Made by a program: the position numbers and the translations under genes
Notes under the pieces: model-generated
What the model saw: the letters and a program-made list of their open reading frames with translations, nothing else
Database searches by the model: none
What the model was told of the DNA's origin: nothing
Shown: positions 25,476 to 38,365 of the stretch, piece by piece
Layout: every line of letters starts with the position of its first letter
Position numbering within the stretch: position 1 is the first letter of the stretch
NCBI GenBank assembly: GCA_028534125.1
Contig: CM052818.1
Span: 37,078,001-37,142,000 of the forward strand
Origin: Lama glama
Taxonomy: Eukaryota
Reading direction: 5' to 3'
DNA: 64,000 nucleotides

Positions 25476-26507
25476 TCTCTGCACAAGCTAACAAACACTC
25501 TCCCTAACCTGCCTCTTTGGCCTTGACACCGTGTCCTTTTCTCCAGCCTAACGTGTGGGCCAGGTCCCCTGAGAAGTCCGTTATGCACCAGTGTGGACCT
25601 TCCGGGAGACTGCTGCAGCCGGGGGTCAAGGATCTTCCAACTCGGAAAGGTGTTTCCCTGGAGCCTTGTTCAGACCTTTCATCCTGCCCCAGTCCTCTTC
25701 AGCCTCCCTCCTCTTGCCGACTCAAATCCTGCCACGTGGCCTTGGAGGCCTCAGCTCTGGTCCCTCCCACTCACAGATGGTGCAAGGAGGGCTGCCTCCT
25801 CCTAGGACAGTGGTCTTTGGAAAGAAGTTTCAGTTTGTTGATCTGACAAGCACGTTGGATTCACAGTAGAAACAGTGTAAACCTCTAGCCTAGATTAAAA
25901 AAATTCCAGTCCCTCAGGTGAGCAGGATGTCAATGTACCCTGGGAAGACAGTGACGGACAGGCAAGTTCAGACTGAGCTTCTCGACACTTCCCTGCACTC
26001 TTGTTGGGGCAAACCCACCCCTGGGATCTGGATCTTGCTTGCAGCCCCTCCCACTGGGCACAGAAACAAAAGGCCAGCAACTCCTGGCACTCCGGCCTCA
26101 CCCGTCAGCTGCCTTCTTCATTCAAGAAGGAGCCTTTGCCACGTAGGCACGAGGTGGGGGGAAATGGCCGAGAGGCCCATGATTAAAGTGGTGTTGACCA
26201 GAGAGAATTAAATTATGAAAGTGATGAGACCAGCTCCTAATTAGAGCCCGCTGGGCTGCAGGTGCTCGGGCAAGGCCTGCGGCATCCCAGCAAGTGGGCA
26301 GCGCTCGGCGGCCTGGGCCGTGGCCACCGCTCAGCCCCTCATTTTACCGGTGGGAAGACCGAGGTCGGGGATGTGAAGAATTGCTCCTGCCGGGTTTCCG
26401 GCGACCTGACCCCCAGGCCAGGGACCCTGCCTCAGCTCAGGTTTCTCCAAGGGCTTCGCATTGAAAGAATCCACCTACATGGGGATGCCTGGCTGGTACT
26501 TGTGATT

Positions 26508-27330
26508 GTATTCATTCATTCATTCACTCATTCATTCACTCATTCATTCGTTCAACAAACGTTTATAGAGAGCTTTCCATGGGCTAGAGACTGTTCTGGA
26601 CACAGGAGAGAGCTGTGAACAAAACCAGACAATTCTCCCCTCATAGAGATAGTATTGGTGTGTTTTTTTGGTGAGGGGAAGGGAAGGAAGACATAAACAC
26701 ACAATAAATAAACATTGTGTCAGAAGATGGAGAAAATGCGGACAGTAGGGTGCAGGGTCCCCTCTGTGGGCTGTCTCTGGTCAGAGAGCGGCGGCAACCC
26801 TTGGGCATAGTAAGGGCGGTCCAAGACTCCCCCCTCAGCAACAGCCCTCCCCACAGCCTCCCCCCACTGTGAAGGGGCAGGTGGTAGACTGGGAGGAGGA
26901 CAGAGCTGGGGACCACAGTTCCCAAACCCATGTGAGCGGGGCCCAAGGGGCAGAGTCCCAGGGCCGGGGAGAGTTCTGGGAGGTGGAGTGACCTGGCCAG
27001 GTCAGGGCGAGCTTCTTGGCAGAGTGAAGGCCAGGCTGGGCCTTGAGGAAGTGGCACTGGGAGAATTTTGGAAAGGCAGAAGGAAGTCTGGGGTAGAACG
27101 TCCCAGCTCGCTGGGGAGCAGCGTGTGGGAGAGGAGGAGGTGAGGGATGAGACAGGTGTAGTTTAGGAACGGCCTTGAGAGGCGAGAACAAGCTAAGCTG
27201 GTTTTATCTCCCACGCGTGGGGAGCTCCTCATGGTTTGCAGCTGGCGGGTGATATCAAGAAGAGGCCACTCTATAAAGGTCCCTCTGGCAGGTGCAGGAG
27301 TGTTGTGTTGGAGCAAGAAGGCATCTACGA
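26508..27330 (-). mobile_element. LINE-2 with (TTCA)n tail
   Basis: (ttca)n at 26510-26553, 'aacaaacgtttatagag…gctgtgaacaaaaccagacaa', and later 'tggttttatctccc…tggggagc'. Confidence 0.7.
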
Positions 27331-29879
27331 TCCTGAGCAGTGATTGTGGGGTGGAGAGGGGATGGACGCAGAGAGGGAGGAAGAGCCACGGGACTTGATG
27401 CCTGTGCTCCAACTTCCTCCATCTGAGCCTGTTTTTCTAAGTTTTGGCTGGACCCGCAGCCTTCCGTTTCGCTGCTCTGTGAATGTGGCCACTTTCCAGG
27501 ATGGGGAGAGGAGAGCTGAGTGCCCAGGGACTCTCTCCAGATGTTGAATCTCATGCTCTGACTGCCATACGCACCCCCATCTCTGCTTCTGTCTCTGCCT
27601 TCCCTGAGTCTGGCTTGGACTTAACCAGCCCAAATCAGGCAGGACCTGGGGGACAATTGGTAGGAAAAGCTGGGGTTAGCCCAGGGCTAGAGGAGATGCA
27701 CACGGTCTATTCCTGGAAGACCAGCCAGGATGGGGGCTGGGGGACCGTGGTGTGCCGAGTCATTACAGTGCAGCCAAGAGGCCCCAGGGCAGGTCTGGGT
27801 CCCTGGAAACCAACAGAGACAGCATGGGGAGGTTGAGGCACCAGGACCACTCTGAGGATCTGACTAGTCTGGGTCCTTTGGCTTGCTGCAGCCTGGCAGG
27901 AGCTCTTAAAATTTTGGAGTGGAGGGGACCTGACCCAGTGCTCAGTGTCCCTGTCCCAGGAGTCATCCCCTCCAGCCTGGGCTCCACACTGGGTCTGGGA
28001 GAGGAAGCTTACCGAATGCCCCTGGTGGGATCCAGACATATGTTCCCCAAGCCGCCTGTGAGCAGACCTGGGCTGGCTGTGAGGGGGCTCTGGGCACTGC
28101 TGGGGTCCTAAGGGAACGTCCCATGCCTGCCAGAGCCGTGGCTGCTGTCTGAAGCTCTGGACTAACCTCAGTCAGGAGATCACAGGGGGACCCAGGCTCA
28201 CGTGGAGTGGACAGTAGCCAGGTGGGGAGAGCAGGTGAAAACTGGAGGCTCAAGATGAGAAGGGACCCCCATTTCATTGCAGAACAGGGGCTGGAATCTT
28301 GCCCTCCCTCTCCTAGCCCCCCGCCTCCTCCTTGACTCCCTGGGGTCTTGAGTGAACTGGGAGCTCTCATAGGCCAGGCCGGGTCCCCTGCCCTGAGTCC
28401 GAAGGCCAGCAATCTGAGGCTGGGACTCCGCACTGACTCAGCCAGGCAGCTCTGCTGGGCTGTAGTTGGCTTCCCCACCCTCTCTGTGCAGACTGAGGTG
28501 GGTGTGTACTTTGCACTTAATTATAGTGCTCATAACCAGAGAGGAGCTGCTTGGAAGCACTTGTCATTTTGTTTGGGGATAATACACATGAAGCCTGGAA
28601 AATACCTATTAGATCATCCCGTCCTGCCTCTGCCAGCGCTGGTGTGATTGCTGTCGGATCTCTCGGGTTTGCTTCAGCCTGCGACTCAGGCAGGCGTTGG
28701 CGGCCGGGCTGGGCCCCCTCCTTGGGAGCTCTGATCTCACTTTCCGTGTCTGCCTACTCATGTTTCACCCATGGATCTGGCCCTGCCGGCCTTGCTCTCT
28801 CGTGTCCTCCCAGCGAGCATCGAGCCCTCCAGCCCTGGTCCATGGAGCCCCCACTCCATGGCTGGCCCCCCTCCGCTCAGTTGTGGGGATTCAGATGATG
28901 ACGCCCACCCACTGTCCACAGTCAAGAGCAGTGTGAGACATGCACACAGATAATTCCGATTTATGGCTCAATGTGGGTGCACCATGCGAGAAGGACCCGT
29001 GTAGGTTAGGGCAGAGAGAGGTCACTCTGGGCTCTGCTTGTGGGGATGCTTTCATGGAAGAGATGGCATTTGAGCTGGGGGAGAGTTGATTAGGTGGAGA
29101 AAAGGGAACCTACCTCCCCCTCTCATCCTGCTGCCTGACCGGGCTCTGCTGAATGTCTTCTGTCTCCCCCTCATCTTCTTGGTCATCCCTCTAAAGGATG
29201 GGAGGGACTGGCTCCCTCTAAATTTGACCTTTGCCACCTGCATCCTTTCTGTCTCCCTCTTGTCCTCCCACCTTTGAGATGCAGTGGGCAGTCAGGCCGA
29301 GGCTGAGGCAGAGGAGTCGGGTGACCAGCCTTCAGCATCCCACCTGCAAAATGAGGGGTGAGGGCTAATCTCTCTCTATGAACCCTTCCAGTTTGACATT
29401 TTAGGAATTTCTAAAGCAGAGAGCCACTCAGCGGAGCCAGGGTCCAGAGGTTGTGGCCTCATGTCTGTTTCTTCCTCTTCATGATTTCAACCACCACCAC
29501 TAGCCAGGCAGCGCCCAGATCGGCATCTTCAGCACAGATTCTGCACCTGAGCTACGGAAACAAGTCTCCCGCTGCTCTTTCCTGCGTGGGCCTCTGGAGG
29601 TGCCTTAAAATCGGCCTGTCCAAAGAGGAAATCGCTCTATTTTACACCCTTGCAGTCAGGACGCATGTGCATAGCACACTCACATACTCGCCCACTTCTA
29701 ATCATGTTACTTTCTTGCTTAAAAGCACTCCACCAGGGGTAACCCCAGAGAGCTGGGCTTGGTGGGGCATGGGTCTTTTGTGACCTTCCCACAGTCTCAT
29801 CTATGAAGACACCCCACTTCCCCAGACGCGGGGCTGCAGCCAGATTAACTGCTGAGCACACCCTGAGGTTTCGCGTTTC

Positions 29880-30170
29880 TGTGTCTTTGCATGTGTTTTC
29901 TCTATGTAGAAGATCGTTCTTCTGCCATGTTTCCTTCCTATTCATTTGTTAAAACCCAGCTTACCTGTCACCTCTGGGGTGAAGCCTTCCCAGACGTCGC
30001 TTGTCCCAGTCAATCATTCCCACTTCCTCTTTTCTGTCCTGGACCTTGTGAATACAGTTTTTATAGCACCTACCAATTAGCTATGATCAGTGTACTGGGC
30101 ACCCCATCTCCCATTCATCTTTCAGCTCCCATTTTCCCTAGCACAATGCGCAGCACTTACGAAGTGCTAA
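29880..30170 (+). mobile_element. LINE-2 fragment
   Basis: 'cagcttacctgtcacctctggggtgaagccttcccagac', 'ttttatagcacct', 'ttcccctagcacaatgc'-like 3' end. Confidence 0.55.
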
Positions 30171-31674
30171 GGATTTTGTTTTTCAAACGGAGCTGAACTG
30201 AGTCCTAATTTCTGACCTGTGGGACTCACAGCCCCTTGACATCTTGGCTCTGCCCAAAACCAGAAGGACATTTCCAGAGAACCCTGCAGTGGGGACCAGC
30301 CATACCAGTCTGTGTGCTTTCTGCTCACTGCCTGCCCTGAGTTTGATGTTGGGTGTTTTCTCATTCTCAGGCTAGAGTGAGCGCTTGAGCTGACCCAGAA
30401 GCTCCAAGCACTTCTCACCTAATATTGATGACCATGCATTTTGCCTCCCCTCCTTATGCCTAGAGATGAAGGAAGAAATACAAGCTCATGTTACAAAGAG
30501 TATTTCCCTGGCTTACCAGCTCTGCCTCTCTCAGCTTGCGCTCAGAATGATTTCTTAGTTCTCAGCTTTTATTCCTCTGATCAAAGTGCCTGAGGCGGTG
30601 AGCACCAGGAGGGGAGGCACGAGCATTTCTGGCTCAGTCTCATGCTCCCCTCTTCTGGGCTGAAGGAAGAACCTGTAGCCTAGAGTTCTCCAGTGAGGTG
30701 GGCGTGGCCTGGCTCTGGGAGGGTCTCCAAGGGCTCGGGGGCCCTCCTGCCCTGGGATGCTACCCTGCCTCCACCTGGAGGAGATCAAAGCTGCCAGTAC
30801 CCTTCTTTGTCCTCCCTTTCCCATTCTGTTCACTCAGTCGCTCTTTTCTCTCCAATGAATTCAATGCAGAAAATCCATGAGCAGGATTTCTCTCTTCAAA
30901 GGATCAAATAACCTTTCTTTTTATTCCCCCCTTTTTAATTTTTTTTTTCCCAAACTGCAAAAGGAAAACATGCAAACACACAGCGTTAAAGGTGAGAGAA
31001 AGAAAGAAAAGTTGCAGCAAAGTAATTTCAACTTGAGAAGTAGAGCAGTTGAAACCCAGAAAAAAAATGTACACTCAGCGATATGGTCCGCTCCTACGAA
31101 TTAATTAACCCAGAGCACTGTGTAATTAGTGTGAGGGGTAGGGAATTGAGCGGCTCCCACTATCTCTCACCCAGTTTAGAATTATGTTCACAAAAGAGTT
31201 TTCTCTTCCTTCCCTGAGAGGGTTGAAAATACTGCCCCGTCGGTCTGGAATCAGCAGGTGCCTCACGGCTAGAGACAGATTTTGGGCTGGGCTTAGACTC
31301 CGAGGAGGTGGTCTTGTGGCAGCACCCCCCCCCCCGACTTCTACCTCTGTGCATGGCCTAGCTGGGCCTTCAGAGTTGGGGTGGAGGCCACTCTGCTCTG
31401 CTTCCAGAGACATGGACCCTGAGGAGCCCCAGAGCCCAGCTCTCCTGGCCACTCAGTCCTACCCACCATCCCCTTCCTGCCCCTAAGCTGCGTCTAAACT
31501 TTTTGAGCTTCTGGCTTTGGCTGTGAATGTGGGTATTTATCACCTCTTGAGGAACTAGGAGATTTCAGATCTGTGAGGTGCCTCGAGAGCCATAATTAAC
31601 GACACTATGGCTGACGGGGGTCTTTGTGGCTGGGGCATGCTTCCCAGGGGTCATGGTGGCGGGGGTGGGGCAAA

Positions 31675-32460
31675 CCAGCTTTTCCCTCTTCCCCATAGAC
31701 TCTTTTGGCATCTATGAACGTGCTCTGGACTGAATGTTTGTGTCCTCCAAGCTCATACGTTGAAGCTCTAATGCCCCATGTTATGGTATTTGCAGGTGGG
31801 CCTTTGGGAGATTATTAGGGTGGAGCCCTCATGAATGGGATTAGTGCCCTAATGAGAAGAGCTAGGAGAGAGAGGCGCTGTCTCTGTGAGGTGAAGGTAC
31901 AACAAGAAGGTGGCTATCTGCAGGAGCTTCCTCACCAGACACTGTCTTGATCTTGCACTTCTCAGCCTCCAGCACCGTGAGAAATGAACCTTTGTTGTTT
32001 AAGCCATTCAGTCTGTGGTATCTTGTTATAGCAGCCCGGACTAGGGTGGGAATCATTCTTAGCATGTTTAAAGGCACAAAATAAAATTTATGGGATTACA
32101 AAGGAAATGAATTATATTGACATATAGTTATCAACATATAAATAAAACAGATGTGTGGGACAGTCATATATGTGCTTCTTTATTAACTCATTGAAGAGCA
32201 TGATCTCCTTATGGGTTGAATAACTGATGAATGTCTGAAATAACTAATATGTTGAGAAATCTGCAACAATCATAATATACTACAATATCTGATTTCTGCT
32301 TTTGAGAAATCATAGGCGTTGCTTAAACTACTTCAGTTTATTGCCCACATTTGCAGTTGAAGAAAATGTTGTAGTTCAGTTAGAGGTTAGTGAAAATAAG
32401 GGTAGACATTTTCTCCACGCAAGTTCATTGACTCTCTGAATTCCTTTGGATGAGTCATTG
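31675..32460 (+). mobile_element. hAT-Charlie element (MER119-like), copy 2, split by an MLT1A LTR
   Basis: 'ccatagactcttttggca' before the LTR. After it: 'ggattacaaaggaaatgaattatattga…tatgtgcttctttattaac…cagttagaggttagtgaaaataa…caagttcattgactctctgaattc', collinear with 60702-61217. Confidence 0.7.
31721..32044 (+). mobile_element. MaLR solo LTR (MLT1A-like)
   Basis: 'tgctctggactgaatgtttgtgtcc…gagccctcatgaatgggattagtgccct…gtttaagccattcagtctgtggtatcttgttatagcagccc'. Confidence 0.9.
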
Positions 32461-33594
32461 CTAATAAATGAATGGTTTTCTTATGACCGTAAGTGAATCA
32501 TTTGCGGCTTCTACTGAATCCTTCTATAAATTCCTTTGCTTGTGGCGGGGTCTTTGCCCCCTCTGGGGACTGGAGGATTGATTTCCTGGAGTCAGGAGTC
32601 ATTGAGGGTTGTTATTGAGAAATTGGGGGTCAAGAGGATCAAAAGGACAGAAATGACAAAAGAAGCATCCGTATCATATGTGCACGATAAGCAGCACTAG
32701 GTTGTTGGCCTGAGCTGTGGGCTCAGGGTGAGGACACATGCTCATGCTGTGCTGTGCTTCCCAGAGCAGGAGGCTAGATGCTTAAGGGTGAAATTGGCAA
32801 AAGTTTGGTGGGGGGATGTGGAGCCAGGCAGGATGCAAGGAGTGGGTGATGTGGGCTCTTGGCAGTTCAAGATCTTCTGGCTGCAGGGCAAAGAGGGGCT
32901 CTCCCCAGCTCACCAGCATAAGGGACGTAGATCGGTGATGCAAGCGTATGGATTCTCAGATGCACCTGCTCACGTGGTTTGAGGTCCTGCTCTTCCATAT
33001 GTTCTCCATGAGCCAGGCATCAGCATTACCATGTGTACTTAAAACATTTCCACCCACTGGTCCTTTATTTCCTCAACAGCTTCTCCCAGATTCTCTTAAG
33101 CAACAGATTCAGGCTTCATGAACAAACATGGGTAAACCAGTTGCTCATTTGCCATCTATTTAGTGCCTGTGATAACTGAAATAATCTCTGAACAAGAAAA
33201 TATTTTTATCTTCGTTGCTGTTCATAGGGCCCAGGGTGGGCAATTGAACTTCTGTCCTTGAGAAAAATAAGTTGCTCCAGGTAATATTTAATTTTACTAA
33301 AGAAAAATCCCAAAATGACTTTTCCCCTTAAGTTAATAAATTTTTTTTTGTCCTTGAAAACAAAGCCCACATGATAGGTGAATGATACCTTGAAGTCTTT
33401 GTTCTCTGGGCTGAGTCTCAGAGCTGAGTGCATCAGACAAAGGACTAAAACTTGTAGGCTGAGGTCTAGAATCCCCAATTTCTCCCTTTTAACATGAATC
33501 CCAGGCTCTTCCAGAGCATCAGGCCAAGCCCTTACAGGCAAATGCCCATCTGGAGACTCAGAGGTGACAGATTAGATGACAATCCCTGTTCAGT

Positions 33595-33752
33595 ATTATA
33601 AGTTATTAATGTGATATTTATCTTCTTTCATTTATACTAAGTCTTCAAAATTCACTATGCACTTTACACTCACAGCACATCTCAGTTCAGACTCGCCTCA
33701 CCTCAAGTGTTTTGTGGTCACATAGAGCAAGTGGCTACCATGCTGGGCAGTG
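33595..33752 (+). mobile_element. MER33/MER3-like hAT-Charlie fragment
   Basis: 'tactaagtcttcaaaatt…acagcacatctcagttcagact…agtggctaccatgctgggcagtgc', similar to the right half of 42581-43118. Confidence 0.7.
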
Positions 33753-33767
33753 CCCCTCTCTCTCTCT

Positions 33768-34092
33768 GTATTACAATGTAGTTGACATGCAATATCATGT
33801 TAGTTTCAAGTGTACTAGATCATGATTTGATGTTTGCAGACACTAGGTAATGAGTTCCACAGTAAGTCTCGTAACCAACCGTCCTCATACAAAGTTACTG
33901 CAATGCTAGTGACAGTATTCCTTAAGTGTATTAACATCCCTGTGACTTACTATGTAACTGAAGGTTTGTACCTCTTAAGCCCCTTCACCTATTTCTCCCA
34001 CCCCATCAACCCCTCTCCCTTCTGGCAACCACCAGTTTGTTCTCTGTATCTATGAATCTGTTTTCATTTGGTTTTGTTTGTTTGTTTGTTTT
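33768..34092 (-). mobile_element. LINE-1 3' end (L1MA9-related, laurasiatherian)
   Basis: 'ttagtttcaagtgtac…catacaaagttactgcaat…tttgtacctcttaagccccttcacctatttctcccacc…tctggcaaccaccagtttgttctctgtatctatga'. Confidence 0.8.
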
Positions 34093-34569
34093 GTGGGTAG
34101 TGCTTCTCTGAGACTTTCTTTTCACAGTGCTGCCCCTTGACTAACTTGCCCATGGAAGTCAGAAGAGTGTTGGAGGCTGGTCTATTAGGGTGATCACTGG
34201 TATGAAGGTGCACTGGATGCAAGGACACAAGAAGAAGCCCCGTGGGAGGGCATCCATGACCCTTGTCATTCTTTACAAAAGAGAGAGATCTGAGATTACC
34301 ATCCCCTTCAGAAACCAGAGGAGGCACCTCTTTGAACATGTGAGTGCCCTAAGAACTGGGAGGGAGCCTTCTTGAAGGCTGCCACAACTCAGAGCTGCAC
34401 AGAGCCCAGTGAAGAGATGTGCTCACTAAGAGACACCGTGAGTGAAGCAGCCTCACCCAGAACACCAAGATCTCGGCAAGAGGAAAAGGGAAAAGGCAAG
34501 AGTCTGCCCCCAACTGTCTCTGGTAGCTCCTGCATCACTGCTGCTCTTGTATTTTGCTGATAACCCCAT

Positions 34570-34835
34570 TATTTACTTGTTTACTTGAATTCCTCAAATG
34601 GACTGGATGCAGTTTACAAATATAGTTGGGTTATGGCAAGACATTAAAAACTCAAAAAAAAAAAACCCAAAAATGAGGCACGGGAGAAGGAAGAATAGAA
34701 AAGATAAGTGGAACCAAGTATGATGTTGGTTCAAAATATACATCCCTTAATGTCTCACATATTGCTCGAGAGGGGCTGCAGTGATCTGAGTCCAAGCTTT
34801 CTAACAGCCAAAGCAAAGGAAAGTACAGTGAGTGA
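34570..34835. repeat. Ancient degenerate interspersed repeat, family uncertain (copy 2 of 3)
   Basis: 'ttatttacttg…gcagtttacaa' followed by 'aagctttctaacagccaaagcaaaggaaagtac'. Confidence 0.35.
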
Positions 34836-35264
34836 CATGAGTCCCAGCCCAGCACATAAAAACACATAGGAGTGGAGCTGGCACAAAGTCACACTGTAGT
34901 GCAGAGATGCGAGGACACTGGACAAAGCCCAGTGGGAAACATACCAGTGACACCAAAACTGTGTCACATCCTCAGAGTGACGTTCCTTTTGGATTCTGCC
35001 TTGAAAAGAAACTCCATCAGGCCCCAGCAGCCGACCTCAGCAGCACCTTGCATACATCAGTATGAAATCCTCTTCCATCTTCCCACCCACCGAGTGTTTC
35101 TCTCCTGTCTCTGGACGGAGGGCACCCCTCCTTGCTGTGCTGTAGAGGCTATTCTGCAGAGCCTGCCTGATGCTCTCCAGTTACTCAGCTCTTGGGTGAA
35201 CTGGCTTAATCTGGGTCAATTTAAGGGATTTAGAACAATGCATTTCCATAGCAGGGACTACTTT

Positions 35265-35650
35265 GAGTTTACCAGAGCCAGCTTCCTTCCATCCTGGGCA
35301 CATGAGCACTTTTTCCCAGATGCCCTTGCAGCTGGGTGTGGCCTTGATACTGAGCTTGAGCAGAAGTAATGTGTGTCACTCCTGAGTTGAAATGGTTGGG
35401 AAGTAAATACATTCTCTCCATTACCCCTTTCCCCATCTGCTGGCTGAAAGGACATGGCTGTGAGGACCCAGAGGAAGTGGGGCCACAGGAAGGAAGAAGC
35501 CCGGGCTACAGAAGGTCTGGTGGAAGGACCCCCAGCCGGAAAACCTTCAATGGGCTGTGAGATGAGCGAGGAACCCAATTCTAATTTGTCAAGCCACTGA
35601 GAATTCCGGGTTTGCCTGTTAGAGAAACTAGTATTACTTTAACCAATACA
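35265..35650 (+). mobile_element. MaLR solo LTR (MLT1J-like)
   Basis: 'ttcccagatgcccttgcagctgggtgtggcc', 'gagcagaagtaatgtgtgtcactcc', 'aagccactgaga…ttaaccaataca' terminus. Confidence 0.75.
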
Positions 35651-36249
35651 GTGCCCTTTGGGAAATACTCTCTAAACACAATTCCTCTCAACCAAGAGGA
35701 ACTGAAAGGTCTGAGTGACACTGAGTTCAAGGTTACATTCCCTGACAACTACTGAGAGTGCAAATGTTCTCTGTTGCGGGGAAGTGGGTCGGTGTAAAAC
35801 CTTGTGTTTTAATAGTCGCCCAAGGTGGGAGTAAGATTAACACACTCTTGTCAAAATTGTGTCACCGTACAAGAGCTCCTGCCTGAACAGAAAGCTCTTG
35901 TATCTTCTTTTGGAGAGAAGCCAGGAGGCACCTGTGGGTAAGGCCAAGATTCTCCTCAGAAAGTCATCCTGGGTCTGCCTTAACACACCAAAAAACATGG
36001 TAATCAAAGCCACACCGTTTCTTACAATGTAATCTGCTATGGTAATTTTAATCTGAAAAACATTTTTAAATAGCTGCAGCCCTCTGACTGCTGCAGCCCT
36101 TAAAAACAAAACAAAACAAAACTTGGACGGTGAAGTTGGCCAAGTCCCCTTCTCTGCCTGGGCTTTCGTTTTCAGGCATGACGGATGACAACTGGATGTC
36201 ATGGGACAGAACCGCAGTGTGTAATCTATGTGTGTGATGCCAACACACA

Positions 36250-36279
36250 CTCTACAGCACACAGCTCTACAGCACACAG
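36250..36279. repeat. Perfect 15-bp tandem duplication (ctctacagcacacag)x2
   Basis: Seen directly. Confidence 0.9.
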
Positions 36280-37195
36280 CCATAGCAGGTTAGAAGTAAA
36301 TACAGTTCTGTTCCCGTCGTTCCTACAAGGTGTGAGCACTGAGCACCAGCTACCGTGGCAGAACAAGCATTTCCAGGTGCTAAACCCATCGTACGAGGTG
36401 AGAATCTCGCAGTATTTATGCTGCAGGTCCTGGGGGCCAAAACCAGGAGGGAGACGTAGCCACAGCTTCTCCCGAAGAAGCTCTGTGGGTATGTGATTGT
36501 ATTTAGTTATCATGGGGAACTGGGTGGCTGTGTTGCCATCGTGTTAGATGTTCAGGGAGGATCCGGGTTTGCGAGCCTTGCTGGTGAGCAGGACGACTTT
36601 GCTCCCGATGGGAGTTTGGTGTTGAGTCATCTGCAGAGCTTGGTGAATTGCCCGGGAATGAGCTCATAAATTCTCCAGATTCAGTGACCAGACAAGAGCA
36701 ACAGCATTGGAAGAGCCAAGTGATGAGACAGAATCGGGCTCCATGCTGGGCCAGTGCTCCTGCAGTGTGACACAACTACCTTCCATTTCAGGCTGTATGG
36801 GACTTGACTCCTTTGTCCCTACAGCAGGTCAAGCCAAACTCTGGCTAAAGGATGAAAAATCACAATGAAGAATCCCAGATCTGATTATCTACTCTCATTT
36901 TATGTCTTAAATCATCCTGAAATTAAGCTCTATGTTTTTCCCTCTCCCAGGAAGGTGGGGGGAGAGTGTGAGCAGATGCCCCTCCCCACCGCTGGGATAG
37001 CTGGAGTCCTGGGAGCAGTGGGATCTAGAGTTCAAAGCGCCTTTTACCCAAACCCAGGCTGTGACCTGGGGGTGCTGTGAGGGGGAGGAGAATTTATCAC
37101 CTCATAATTTATCAACTGTCCATCCTTCTCGGCTGACAGGACCTTGAAGGAGGCATGTGTGTCCAATTTTGGGGATGCTCCAGGAAGCCCCCAGG

Positions 37196-37310
37196 CAGTG
37201 CCTCTCAAACTTCCATTGTGCCTGTGAAACATCTGGGCATCATGATTCTGCATCTCTAACCAACCTCCTGTGAGGCTGATGTGCCCTGAGGACACCACTC
37301 TGAGTAGGAG
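37196..37310. mobile_element. MER5-like hAT MITE, internally deleted
   Basis: 'cagtgcctctcaaactt…tctgcatctctaaccaacctcc…accactctgagtag'. Confidence 0.6.
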
Positions 37311-38346
37311 GGCCTGGGGGATCATGACAGGTGTGGAATGATGTTTGGACAAGCAGTGTTTCTGTGCAGCTCCCTGGCGCCTCCCACGAAGGCTAGAGGG
37401 GTCTGTGATGGGGGGGGGGTGAGTGAGAAGAAAGTATCCAGGAGCGTGGCTGCCCAAGGTCTGTGAACACCCCTCCTGGGCTTCTTTCCCCTTCCCCTGA
37501 CTGTGTGCTTTGCATCTTTGCTTTTACGAATTTGGAAGGGGCTCATTATACCTTGCGTCTGAGCTAGGCATTTCGACCAACCTGAGGCTATAAGCAAGCT
37601 GGCAGACGGCACCTGATGGAAAGCCTGGCCGGGGCCGTGGGGGCTGGTGTGCACCCTCAGCTCTTTGCTCCCTCCCAGGCATCTCAGGTCAAAGCCCGGC
37701 TCAGCCTTGTTCCCCTCATCCTCCTGGGATGCTGAGAAGGAGGACGCCTCCACTCTTGAAGAGGCTTGGCTTCTTGTATCATGACACGTGCATTTTTTTC
37801 TGTTTTATAGGAAGAAATGTGTCTTGGCTGGAGGCCCACGTTTCGTTCCAGCACATCTTTTTTACCAAAAGAGCCATCCCTGGAGCTGCCAACAGTGTTT
37901 ACAAAAGAGCCGGCCAACAATGCTTTGGATCTGGGAGCATGGCCTGACCACAGACGTGGCCTTCCCCAGCCCGAGAACCATCCATCGGAGAGCCTGACAC
38001 ATGGTGTGAGCGTGTTTATTTTTACTCCAAAATGGAAGAAATGTAAAGCTGGTTTCTTTCTTTCCTTCCTTTCTCTTCTTCCAGCTGGGAAAACTCCTGT
38101 CAGTGGATGCAGTGTCCTTTCCAGATTCAATATTATGCAAACTACATCCCGGCAAATGGAGTAAACAAATATGTCCACGGAGCTTCCTGGAGCAGGGAGA
38201 GGGGGCTGCCCCAGTGCGGAGATGCAGACCTGCCCATTTGCAGGGGAGCTGCTGAAACCGCTGCTCCATCAGCTCTGCCGCCATCACTTTCCTTCAGAAG
38301 GGGTGGCTGGGGTCTGAGAGGCTGGGATGATGGGCCACTCAGATGC

Positions 38347-38365
38347 CCGGCAGCAGGGGGCAGCT
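38347..38365 (+). promoter_or_regulatory. Candidate CTCF motif
   Basis: gcagcagggggcagc differs by one base from a CCAGCAGGGGGCAGC-type CTCF core. Motif match only. Confidence 0.3.

Noticed and set aside
26641..28953. Many overlapping 100-170 aa ORFs
   Set aside because: Expected in GC-rich stop-poor DNA. They are Pro/Gly/Ser/Leu-biased, occur on both strands, have no recognisable domain and partly lie in L2.
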